Source: Firmicutes bacterium UBA3576
GTDB lineage: Bacteria; Bacillota; Sulfobacillia; UBA3569
Direction: 5' to 3'
DNA length: 64,000 nucleotides
Assembly: GCA_002375895.1 (NCBI GenBank)
Contig: DFND01000053.1
Location: 1,373-65,372 of the forward strand
Position 1 is the first letter of the stretch. Every line of letters starts with the position of its first letter. The notes beneath the pieces are model-generated. The model saw only the letters and a program-made list of their open reading frames with translations, was not told the DNA's origin and made no database searches. The translations under genes and the position numbers were made by a program. Below are positions 35,395 through 43,859 of this stretch, piece by piece.

Positions 35395-36138
35395 ATGGAC
35401 CGGTACACAGGGTTTGCGAGGATCTACGATAAGGTGATGGCGGCCGTCGATTATGAGGCCTGGGCATCCTACGTGGAGAGGATCCTCGCCCGTGCAGGTA
35501 TATCCTTCTCCTCCGTATTGGATCTGGCCTGTGGGACGGGGAATACGTCTTTTCCCTTCGCGGCCAGAGGACACAGGGTATACGGTGTGGACTTATCGCC
35601 CGAAATGCTCCAGGTGGCCGCGGAGAAGGCCGCCCGCCTAGGACTAGACGTGCGCTTCCTCGAACAGGACATGCGGGAGGTGAGGTTGCCCGAGAGGGTC
35701 GACCTCGCCCTTTGCCTCTACGACAGCATGAATTACATGCTGACCTCTGAGGACCTGTTCAAGGTGTTTACCTCCGTCTTTAGAGCCCTCAACCGGGGCG
35801 GCGCCTTCGTCTTCGATATGAACTCGAGTTACCAGATAAGGACCGTCCGCCCCGACATAACCTTCTTTGAGGACGATGATGTAGCGCTGGTGTGGGAGGA
35901 CCGTGTCTCACCCGACGGTAGGCTGTGGGAAGTGGAGCTCACGGTCTTTGAGAGGACCAAGGGTGGCCTGTACAGGCGTTTCAAGGAGACGCATACCGAA
36001 CGAGGCTACGAACTAGATGAGGTGTTGGAGCTCGCTGCACGGGCAGGTTTCACCAACTTGGCCCAATATGAAGCCTTCACCATGCATCCGCCCTGCGAAC
36101 AGTCCCGCCGCATTTACTTCCTGTGTCAGCGACCCTGA
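35395..36138 (+). CDS. class I SAM-dependent methyltransferase
   Basis: Motif I VLDLACGTGN and post-I GVDLSPEML. The substrate cannot be determined from the sequence. Confidence 0.75.
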   Translation: MDRYTGFARIYDKVMAAVDYEAWASYVERILARAGISFSSVLDLACGTGNTSFPFAARGHRVYGVDLSPEMLQVAAEKAARLGLDVRFLEQDMREVRLPERVDLALCLYDSMNYMLTSEDLFKVFTSVFRALNRGGAFVFDMNSSYQIRTVRPDITFFEDDDVALVWEDRVSPDGRLWEVELTVFERTKGGLYRRFKETHTERGYELDEVLELAARAGFTNLAQYEAFTMHPPCEQSRRIYFLCQRP

Positions 36139-36195
36139 GAGGAAACCCGACCGTCTTTGAGGAACCTAAATTTAAGGACGTTAGGGGGGAGGCCG

Positions 36196-37272
36196 ATGAG
36201 CCGGCTGTCCAGGTTGCAAGGCCTTTTGGCCGAGGCTAAGGTCGACTGTGCCGTCATTGTGCCGGGACCGAATCTCTATTATCTCGTGGGGATAGAGGTA
36301 GGCGTGAGCGAGCGGGCTCTGTTCTTTTTCGTGCCGAGAGAGGGAGAGCCCATAGTGGTATGTCCAGAGCTGGAAAGCCCTAAGTTTCGTGAACATGGGT
36401 ATGCCGTACATGAGTACCCCGACTCCGGGGGGCCGCTGGCCGGGCTCTGGAGGGTGGGTAACGACTTGGGGCTACGGAACAGCTGCTTGGGCGTAGAGTA
36501 CCTTAACATGCGGCTTCTTGAGTGGGATTACCTCGCCAAGGCTCTGGGCAGTTTTGACCTGAAGGATGTCATTCCCTTGCTCTCCCAACTTCGAATGATT
36601 AAGGATGAAGACGAGGTGGCCGCTATTCGGGAGGCCGCCCGCATAGCTGACCTGGGCATGGCGGCGGCGAGCGAGGCAGTGAGGCCGGGCGTGACCGAGC
36701 GGCAGGTGGCCCGGACAGTAGAGGAGCAGGTACGGGGCAACCACGGCGCAGTGGTAGGGGTTGCGGTTGCCTCGGGCCCTCGCGCGGCCGTGCCCCACGC
36801 TGGGACGTCGGACAGGGTGATCCAGGCGGGCGACGTGGTCTGGGTTGACTTGGTGCTCAAGTTCCGCGCGTACGTGGCCGATATCACCCGTACCTTCGCG
36901 GCCGGCGAGCTCGACGGGGATATGGTCCGAGCCTGGCGGACGGTGGAGAGGGCCGCCGCCGCTGCGCGCGAGGCGTGCCGGCCGGGCGTGAGCCTCGAGG
37001 ATATCGATGCGACGGCGAGGGGGATAATAGAGGAGGAGGGCTTCGGGCCAAACTTCACCCATCGCACCGGACACGGCATCGGCCTAGAAGTACACGAGGC
37101 GCCCTATGTGGTGGCCGGGAACCGGCAACTTCTGCGAGCGGGGATGACCTTCACTGTGGAGCCGGGGATATATATTCCGGGCCTCGGAGGGGTCAGGATA
37201 GAGGATGACCTCCTCATCACAGAAGAGGGAGTGGAGGTCTTGACTTCCTTTGAGAGGGGCAGCGGAATTTGA
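36196..37272 (+). CDS. M24-family Xaa-Pro dipeptidase/aminopeptidase
   Basis: Creatinase-like N-domain plus pita-bread metal ligands (DLV..F..Y.ADITRT, HRTGHGIGLEVHE, GGVRIED). ATG 36196 follows GGGGGGAGG. Confidence 0.8.
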   Translation: MSRLSRLQGLLAEAKVDCAVIVPGPNLYYLVGIEVGVSERALFFFVPREGEPIVVCPELESPKFREHGYAVHEYPDSGGPLAGLWRVGNDLGLRNSCLGVEYLNMRLLEWDYLAKALGSFDLKDVIPLLSQLRMIKDEDEVAAIREAARIADLGMAAASEAVRPGVTERQVARTVEEQVRGNHGAVVGVAVASGPRAAVPHAGTSDRVIQAGDVVWVDLVLKFRAYVADITRTFAAGELDGDMVRAWRTVERAAAAAREACRPGVSLEDIDATARGIIEEEGFGPNFTHRTGHGIGLEVHEAPYVVAGNRQLLRAGMTFTVEPGIYIPGLGGVRIEDDLLITEEGVEVLTSFERGSGI

Positions 37273-37288
37273 GATGGTACGGGCAGAG

Positions 37289-37317
37289 GCCGCCCACCGC
37301 CGTGGTGGGCGGCTTTT
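37289..37317 (+). terminator. intrinsic terminator after the M24 peptidase gene
   Basis: GCCGCCCACC (37289-98) pairs with GGTGGGCGGC (37304-13), followed by TTTT. Confidence 0.8.
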
Positions 37318-37321
37318 CCAT

Positions 37322-37339
37322 TGGTTAATTGTTTAACCA
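37322..37339. promoter_or_regulatory. inverted repeat TGGTTAA-N4-TTAACCA upstream of hutH (candidate operator)
   Basis: Perfect 7-bp arms (37322-28 and 37333-39) in an AT-rich patch 29 nt upstream of the hutH ATG. Confidence 0.25.
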
Positions 37340-37367
37340 GTTAAAGCGAGGTACGGGGGGACCCTTG

Positions 37368-38888
37368 ATGGCGCACATCCTGCTTGATGGACAGAGCTTG
37401 GACTTACAACAACTGGTGGCGGCAGCTCGGAGCGGCCAGGAGGTTGAGATAACTGCTGCCGCCTTAGGGAGGGTCGAGAGGGCCAGCGCCTTCGTAGAAG
37501 ACCTGGTGAGGAGAAGGGCGGTCGTATACGGCGTCACCACCGGGTTCGGCAAATTCAGCGAGACCGTCATCTCTCCTGAGGCCAGCGCCGAACTACAGGT
37601 TAACCTCATCAGGAGTCACGCCGCTGCTGTGGGGCCGCCTCTGCCCGAAGATGTGACGAGAGCCGTGATGTTGCTACGGGCCAACGCCCTGGCCCGGGGC
37701 CTTTCGGGGATCAGGGTTGAGACCCTGAGGCTACTGGTATCCATGTTGAACAGGCGGGTACATCCAGTGATCCCCTCGCAGGGCTCTCTTGGGGCCAGCG
37801 GCGATCTGGGCCCTCTGGCCCACATGGCCCTGGTGATGATAGGAGAGGGACGAGCTCGTTTCGGTGAGTCGGTGCTCAGCGGGGCGGAGGCGCTCAGTAA
37901 GGCCGGGCTCCGACCCGTGCAACTCGCGGCCAAGGAGGGCCTAGCGCTCATCAACGGGACTCAGGTCATGACCGCACTGGGCGCCCTGGCCCTGTGTGAT
38001 TCCGACATCATCCTCCGTACCGCTGACGTGGCTGCGGCTATGACCATGGAGGCCCTGCGGGGAATTCCGGCGGCTTACGACAGCAGGATTCATGCCGCCA
38101 GAGCCCACAGGGGCCAGGCTCAGGTGGCCGCGAACCTCAGACGTCTTCTGGCAGGAAGTTCGCTCACGACGAGACCGGGTGAGGTGCGCGTTCAGGACGC
38201 CTACGCCTTACGCTGTGTGCCTCAAGTTCACGGGGCCTGCCGCGACGCCTGGGAGTACGCGCGAGGGGTCTTGGAGGTTGAGATGAACGCAGCCACTGAC
38301 AACCCGCTCGTCTTCGCCGACGACCAAGAGATCCTCTCGGGCGGGAATTTCCACGGTGAGCCGGTGGCGCTTGCCCTGGACTTCCTGGCCATAGCCCTGG
38401 CAGATCTCGGGAATATCGGTGAGCGGAGAGTGGAGAGGTTGGTCAACCCCCTTCTAAGCGGGCTCCCGCCCTTCCTCACCTCGCGGGGAGGTCTGAACTC
38501 CGGCTACATGTTGGTACAGTACACAGCGGCCTCGCTGGCGTCGGAGAACAAGGTCTTGGCCTCGCCGGCCAGTGTGGACTCAATTCCCTCATCGGCAGGC
38601 CAGGAGGACCACGTGAGCATGGGAACCCTGGCGGCTCGCAAGCTCGCCGCGGTGGTTGAGAACGTCTTGCAGATCGTCGCCATAGAGCTGCTCTGCGCCT
38701 GCCAGGCTGTCGAGTTCGTCGGCCCCGACGGACTAGCCCCTGCCACTGCCGGAGTGTATGCCTTGATCCGAGAGGAGGTGCCCCCTTTGAGCGTGGACCG
38801 TCCGCCTTCGCCGGACATAGCCAAGGTGGCGGCTCTCATCAAGTCAGGCGCGATAGTGCGGGTAGCCGATGAGGTCTGCAGGGGGTAA
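37368..38888 (+). CDS. hutH: histidine ammonia-lyase
   Basis: MIO-forming GASGDLGPLAH. The selectivity region NLIRSHAAAVG (Ser-His) is typical of HAL rather than PAL/TAL. ATG 37368. Confidence 0.9.
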   Translation: MAHILLDGQSLDLQQLVAAARSGQEVEITAAALGRVERASAFVEDLVRRRAVVYGVTTGFGKFSETVISPEASAELQVNLIRSHAAAVGPPLPEDVTRAVMLLRANALARGLSGIRVETLRLLVSMLNRRVHPVIPSQGSLGASGDLGPLAHMALVMIGEGRARFGESVLSGAEALSKAGLRPVQLAAKEGLALINGTQVMTALGALALCDSDIILRTADVAAAMTMEALRGIPAAYDSRIHAARAHRGQAQVAANLRRLLAGSSLTTRPGEVRVQDAYALRCVPQVHGACRDAWEYARGVLEVEMNAATDNPLVFADDQEILSGGNFHGEPVALALDFLAIALADLGNIGERRVERLVNPLLSGLPPFLTSRGGLNSGYMLVQYTAASLASENKVLASPASVDSIPSSAGQEDHVSMGTLAARKLAAVVENVLQIVAIELLCACQAVEFVGPDGLAPATAGVYALIREEVPPLSVDRPPSPDIAKVAALIKSGAIVRVADEVCRG

Positions 38889-38950
38889 TATAGGCGGGCC
38901 CTCCTTAATACCAATTAGGCGTGGACCTTGTGTCGGAGGGAGGGTCTGCC

Positions 38951-40036
38951 TTGCTGGTCCAGCTCGGGGTCTTCAACATCAGACGGCGTTCCCTCTTGTT
39001 CGGGTTCGTCGTCACGGCGCTGGTACTAGCCGCGGTCTTCGCCTTCGCCGTCGACAGGGAGTATTTCTACGAACGCGGGCCGAGCGTCGAGCTCAGATGG
39101 GGCCGGGGACCAGGCGCCGTTGGCCGGGGGATGGGCCTTGACGGTAGGTCCCTGGGGCCCGAGTGCATCGAAGGCCAGGGGACCAAAGCTTACATAGCCG
39201 ACACCTTTAACCAGCGGGTTTTCGAGGTCGATCTCCTCTCGGGGGAGGTGAGGGCCTTCGAGGGAGTTGCCCCCGGACTCCTGGCCGTCGCGGAGTCCTC
39301 GCTGTTTCTCGCAGGCGAAGAGTCGCTCTGGCAGATCGACCTCTCGTCGGGGGCAACGGTGGCACGGCCCTTGCCAGGATGGGATCTGGGCCTTCCCGAA
39401 GAGGTCGCCGCTGCCCTGGGACCGGTCGTATCGGCGACAACGCTCGGCCTGTCCGTGACCTCGGGGGGAGTTTTGATTCATCAACAGGCCCTGTTCGACT
39501 CCCTGCTTCTGGATCGGGTGGTCCTGATGACCGAAGACGGGGGCGCCAGGCTCATCGCGGGCTTCGCGGCGGGGCCGACGGTCCCGACTACGGGTTACGG
39601 GACCGTGCCCCAGCGCGCCGATTCTTGGCTCCTGACCCCATCAGCCCTTTACGCCCTGAAGGAGGGCGAAGATCCCTTTACGTTGAACCTCAGGACCTTC
39701 GACCCCGAGACCGGCGAGTTGCGGGACTCCTTCGACCTGCGGTTGGAACGACCGCAACGACGTGCGAGGTTGGTCGGATGGAGGGGCAGAGGGCGCGTGG
39801 TGCTGGAGATTATCTACTACGACGGGTCCGGCAGCGTACTGGAGATCCAGGACAAGATCGCCGTCCGTGAGTGGCCCTTGGAGGACTCGCCCATCGACAC
39901 CTATCACCGCTCCTCTGTGGACGACGCCGGGAACCTCCACTTCTACACCCCGAACCTGGAAGGGCTCAAACTCGAGGTCTACTTTCTAGTTCGGAAATGG
40001 CGACTCAATTTTTTATCATTAAATACAATGTTCTGA
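38951..40036 (+). CDS. hypothetical N-terminally membrane-anchored protein, possibly beta-propeller/NHL-like
   Basis: One TM (LLFGFVVTALVLAAVFAFAV) followed by about 320 aa with NHL-like strings (AYIADTFNQRVFEVDLLSGEV). I recognise no family. TTG 38951 lies 6 nt after GGAGGGAGGG; the track start is 38921. Confidence 0.45.
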   Translation: MLVQLGVFNIRRRSLLFGFVVTALVLAAVFAFAVDREYFYERGPSVELRWGRGPGAVGRGMGLDGRSLGPECIEGQGTKAYIADTFNQRVFEVDLLSGEVRAFEGVAPGLLAVAESSLFLAGEESLWQIDLSSGATVARPLPGWDLGLPEEVAAALGPVVSATTLGLSVTSGGVLIHQQALFDSLLLDRVVLMTEDGGARLIAGFAAGPTVPTTGYGTVPQRADSWLLTPSALYALKEGEDPFTLNLRTFDPETGELRDSFDLRLERPQRRARLVGWRGRGRVVLEIIYYDGSGSVLEIQDKIAVREWPLEDSPIDTYHRSSVDDAGNLHFYTPNLEGLKLEVYFLVRKWRLNFLSLNTMF

Positions 40037-40054
40037 CGTTACCGAAAAAGGGAG

Positions 40055-40086
40055 GAAAATAGAACAGGGCTAGGGAAAAATAGAAC
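40055..40086. repeat. direct repeat GAAAATAGAAC / GAAAAATAGAAC spaced 21 bp, upstream of fhs
   Basis: 40055-40065 and 40075-40086. The T of each TAGAAC falls at 40060 and 40081, two helical turns apart. AT-rich patch. Confidence 0.4.
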
Positions 40087-40204
40087 TTGGACCCTTGGGA
40101 GAAGGCGGTTCGCCCAAAGGCCAGAGACCAAAGGAGGCCCGTGGAGGGGGTCCTTCCACGTGGGAAGAGCTTAACAATATTTGAGCAAAGGAGTGAGGTG
40201 CAGC

Positions 40205-41908
40205 ATGAAGTCGGACCTGGAGATCGCACAGGCGGCGGAGATGGAACCTATAGTCAACATCGCCGCCGAACTGGGCTTGGAGGAGGACGAGCTGGAGCTA
40301 TACGGCAAGTACAAGGCCAAGGTGAGCCTAGATGTACTCGAACGCCTTAAGGACCGCCCCAACGGCAAGTACATCGTCGTCACAGCTATCACACCAACTC
40401 CCCTCGGAGAGGGCAAGACGGTCACTACCATCGGGCTCGGACAAGCTTTGAACTACATAGGCAAGAAGACCGTAACCTGTATTCGCCAGCCGTCGCTCGG
40501 CCCGGTGTTTGGCATCAAGGGTGGGGCTGCCGGTGGCGGTTATGCCCAGTGCGTCCCCATGGAGGATTTCAACCTCCACTTCACCGGTGACGTCCACGCC
40601 GTGGCCATCGCCCACAACCTCCTGGCCGCCTTTATCGACTCCCACATTCACCACGGCAACAAGTTGAACATTGACCCCTTCAGCATTACCTGGCCGCGTG
40701 TAGTGGACGTGTCCGACCGCGCTCTGAGGAACATCATCGTCGGACTGGGTGGCAAGGCCAACGGAGTTCCGCGTGAGACGGGCTTTGACATCGCCGTAGC
40801 CTCCGAGGTCATGGCCATCTTGGCCCTCACCACGAGCCTCAGGGACCTGCGGGAGCGCCTCGGCCGGATAGTCATAGGGTACACCAAGGACCGCCCGCCT
40901 AAGCCGGTTACCGCTGAAGACCTGCAGTGTGCTGGGGCCATGGCCGTCCTCCTCAAGGACGCCATCAAGCCCACCCTGATTCAGACCCTGGAGAAGACCC
41001 CCGTGCTGGTTCACGCTGGCCCCTTCGCCAACATAGCGCACGGCAACAGCTCCATCCTGGCCGACTACATCGCCCTCAAGCTCGGCGATTTCGTGGTCAC
41101 GGAGGCCGGCTTTGGAGCGGACATCGGCGCCGAGAAGATGTTCAACATCAAGTGTCGCTACAGCGGGCTTAAGATCGACGCGGCGGTCCTGGTGGCCACG
41201 GTGCGAGCCCTGAAGATGCACGGCGGTGCCTTCAAGGTAACGCCCGGCAAGCCCCTCGACCCCGAGCTTGTGGCGGCGCCGAATCCGGAGGCCCTGGAGC
41301 GAGGCTGCCAGAACCTGGTCAAGCAGATCGAGAACGTCAGGCTCCACGGCGTGCCGGTTGTAGTGGCCATCAACCGGTTCAATACCGACCACGACGACGA
41401 GATCGAGATGGTGAAGCGGATCGCCCGTCAGGCCGGCGCCGTTGACGCCGTCGTCAGCGAAGTGTGGGCCAGGGGAGGCCCCGGCGGCGAGGAGCTGGCC
41501 AGAGCTGTGGTCAAGGCCTGCGAGCAGCCTAGCGAATTCAAGTTCCTCTATCCGGATGACATGCCCATAGAGGAGAAGATCGAGACCATCGCCACCAAGA
41601 TCTACGGCGCCGACGGGGTTGAGTTCGAGCCCCTGGCCAAGCGGCGCATCAAGCTGTACACCGAACTGGGGTACAGCCAGCTGCCCATCTGCATGGCCAA
41701 GACGCACCTGTCTCTGTCGCACGATCCCAAGCTCAAGGGCCGTCCGACCGGGTTTACGGTGCCCATTCGCGACGTACGGGCCTCCGTGGGCGCTGGGTTC
41801 CTGTACCCGTTGTTGGGCGAGATGCGCACCATGCCCGGCCTGCCCTCGGTCCCCGCGGGAACCAAGATCGATCTAGACGAGGAGGGCAAGGTCATCGGGT
41901 TGTTCTAG
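40205..41908 (+). CDS. fhs: formate--tetrahydrofolate ligase
   Basis: MKSDLEIAQAA..., TPLGEGKTVTTIGL P-loop, and family-typical motifs throughout. ATG 40205 follows AAAGGAGTGAGGTG. Confidence 0.95.
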   Translation: MKSDLEIAQAAEMEPIVNIAAELGLEEDELELYGKYKAKVSLDVLERLKDRPNGKYIVVTAITPTPLGEGKTVTTIGLGQALNYIGKKTVTCIRQPSLGPVFGIKGGAAGGGYAQCVPMEDFNLHFTGDVHAVAIAHNLLAAFIDSHIHHGNKLNIDPFSITWPRVVDVSDRALRNIIVGLGGKANGVPRETGFDIAVASEVMAILALTTSLRDLRERLGRIVIGYTKDRPPKPVTAEDLQCAGAMAVLLKDAIKPTLIQTLEKTPVLVHAGPFANIAHGNSSILADYIALKLGDFVVTEAGFGADIGAEKMFNIKCRYSGLKIDAAVLVATVRALKMHGGAFKVTPGKPLDPELVAAPNPEALERGCQNLVKQIENVRLHGVPVVVAINRFNTDHDDEIEMVKRIARQAGAVDAVVSEVWARGGPGGEELARAVVKACEQPSEFKFLYPDDMPIEEKIETIATKIYGADGVEFEPLAKRRIKLYTELGYSQLPICMAKTHLSLSHDPKLKGRPTGFTVPIRDVRASVGAGFLYPLLGEMRTMPGLPSVPAGTKIDLDEEGKVIGLF

Positions 41909-41932
41909 GCAGAAGGAAGCCTCACGGCAAGC

Positions 41933-41965
41933 GCAGCGGCGACCCCAGAGGTCGCCGCTGCTTTT
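41933..41965 (+). terminator. intrinsic terminator after fhs
   Basis: GCAGCGGCGACC (41933-44) pairs with GGTCGCCGCTGC (41950-61), followed by TTTT. Confidence 0.85.
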
Positions 41966-41991
41966 GCCAGAAGCGAAGGAGGGTTCGACCG

Positions 41992-42774
41992 TTGGTCCTA
42001 CTAGATCTGAGAGAGGCCACCGGGCTGCCGATCTCGCTAACTGAGGGCGGGCGGCTCATCTGCGACGAGGGGGTGAAGTGTGAGGAAGTATCCGAGCGCA
42101 CCCCAGAGCAGGTGAAGCCCTTTCTGCTGGACCCTAACTCCGTACCGGACGGCGGGGCGCTGTACGTGATGCACCGTGACGTCTATGCTCGCGAGCACCG
42201 GGAGGAGCTCCTTCGCGCTGGCCTGCGTTACGACATCACCTGCATCAGGCCCGGCATCCTGGGGGAGGAGCATGTGAAGACCGTGGGCCACTATCACCCC
42301 CGCAAGCCGGGGTCTGATGTCACCTACCCCGAGCTATACGAGGTGGTTTGCGGCCAGGCTATCTTCCTGCTACAAAAGCCCGGTGGGGGTGCGGGCGATA
42401 GGATCGTCCGTTTCATCGCCGTCTGGGCGCAGACGGGCGACAAGGTCGTGGTGCCGCCCGGTTTTGGGCACGTGACGGTTAACCCCGGGGATACCTGGCT
42501 GGTCCTGGCCAACTGGGTCGCGCGGGGATTCTCCTCCCTCTACGATGAATTCCGCTCCCTGCGTGGTGCTGCCTACTATTGCCTGGCTGGGGAGCCGCCT
42601 GCGTTACGCAAGAACGATCTCTACGCCGCGGTGCCCGCGCCAGAGCGACTGGTGGGCACACAGCTTTGGGGCCTTGACCTGTCGCCGGACCGGCCGATCT
42701 ACACGCAGTTCCTGGAGTCCTCGGAGCGGTTTCGATTCCTGACCCGCCCCGAGGAGGTTCACTGGGAGGATTGA
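41992..42774 (+). CDS. cupin-fold protein, possibly cupin-type glucose-6-phosphate isomerase
   Basis: Cupin metal motif VGHYHP...YPELYEVVCGQAIFLLQ...VVVPPGFGHVTVN resembles the archaeal-type cPGI (GHFH...E...H). The assignment is from memory of the family. Confidence 0.45.
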   Translation: MVLLDLREATGLPISLTEGGRLICDEGVKCEEVSERTPEQVKPFLLDPNSVPDGGALYVMHRDVYAREHREELLRAGLRYDITCIRPGILGEEHVKTVGHYHPRKPGSDVTYPELYEVVCGQAIFLLQKPGGGAGDRIVRFIAVWAQTGDKVVVPPGFGHVTVNPGDTWLVLANWVARGFSSLYDEFRSLRGAAYYCLAGEPPALRKNDLYAAVPAPERLVGTQLWGLDLSPDRPIYTQFLESSERFRFLTRPEEVHWED

Positions 42775-42802
42775 GGGACGGAGGGGGATAATATATAACG
42801 TT

Positions 42803-43717
42803 GTGAAACCGGCCATTGCCCGGGAAATATCAGCCGAGGCGCTTCGGGAAGGGGGCTATTCTATCCTCGCTGGGCCTGACACCCGCAGCTTAAAGGAAGA
42901 GCCGCTGCGGCCCGCGGCGATTCGGCGGCGCCTCAACACGCGGCGTATCGGCCATACCATCGCCCACTTCGACGTCCTCCCCTCTACCAACAGGCTCGCG
43001 CGTGAGCTGGCCCAAGCCGGCGTCGAGGAGGGCACCGTCGTCATTGCCGAGGAGCAGACCGAGGGAAGAGGCCGTCACGGCCGGACCTGGATTTCCCCGG
43101 CGCACAGAGGGCTCTGGTTTTCGGTGGTGTTGCGCCCTGACCTGCCAGGGCCAGTCAAGCCGCTGCTGGGGTTCGCCGCGGCCCTCGCCGTGGTCGAGGC
43201 CGGCCGTCGCTGTGCGGGCCTTGGGCTCGCCGTGAAGTGGCCAAACGACGTCTACGGTGGGGGGAAGAAGCTCGCCGGAATACTGCTGGAGTCCGTTACA
43301 ACCGGGGCCGAGCAGGCGGTCATCGTGGGTATAGGCGTTAACGTGAACTCGACCAGCTTGGACTTTCCCGAGGAACTTCGCCGGCGCGTCACATCTCTCC
43401 GGGAGCTGGCACGAGGGCGAGTCGACAGGGCGGCCGTCCTGTGCGCCCTTCTCGAAGGGCTAGAACGACGGTATGATGAGCTCGCGCACCGGGGGGCCAA
43501 GCTCCTTCTCAGGGAGTGGCGGCGACTTGACCTCTGCCTCGGCAGGCGCGTCGAGGTGAAGTCCTTCGGCGAGAGCTACCTGGCTGAAGCCCTTGCGGTC
43601 GACGCGGACGGCAGTCTCCTCGTCAGAGACCGCGAGGGGAGGATCAGGCGGCTTAGGGCCGGTGAGGTGTCCCTGACCCTCGGCGGCGCGGATTTAAGGG
43701 TCAGCCCTGGTCGTTAG
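42803..43717 (+). CDS. birA: biotin--[acetyl-CoA-carboxylase] ligase
   Basis: GRGRHGRTWISP and KWPNDV motifs, plus a C-terminal SH3-like domain. The roughly 55-aa N-terminus does not look like the wHTH of repressor-type BirA. Confidence 0.8.
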   Translation: MKPAIAREISAEALREGGYSILAGPDTRSLKEEPLRPAAIRRRLNTRRIGHTIAHFDVLPSTNRLARELAQAGVEEGTVVIAEEQTEGRGRHGRTWISPAHRGLWFSVVLRPDLPGPVKPLLGFAAALAVVEAGRRCAGLGLAVKWPNDVYGGGKKLAGILLESVTTGAEQAVIVGIGVNVNSTSLDFPEELRRRVTSLRELARGRVDRAAVLCALLEGLERRYDELAHRGAKLLLREWRRLDLCLGRRVEVKSFGESYLAEALAVDADGSLLVRDREGRIRRLRAGEVSLTLGGADLRVSPGR

Positions 43718-43859
43718 TAGATCGCCGGGGGCCCAAGGGGCGAATCTGAGGAGACCTGTCTAGGAACTAAGGATGCCGCGAGCGCCACCGCGGCGGGATA
43801 GAGAGGAGGCGTCCGTAGTCTCCCTGGCCCAGGGCCAGGGGTGATGGTCGGAGCTGCCC

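Noticed and set aside
40087-40204. ZTP (pfl) or THF riboswitch upstream of fhs
   Set aside because: I looked for the ZTP hallmarks (GGGTCGTGACTGGCG-type 5' domain and the 3' CCGCCTGGGC pseudoknot strand) and the THF-I core, and found neither. The structure is reported only as an unassigned leader.
40328-41722. 464-aa minus-strand ORF covering most of fhs
   Set aside because: It lies entirely antisense to a very well supported fhs gene. Its Arg/Gly/Leu/Val-rich translation has no recognisable motifs. Long antisense ORFs are expected in GC-rich coding DNA because stop codons are AT-rich.
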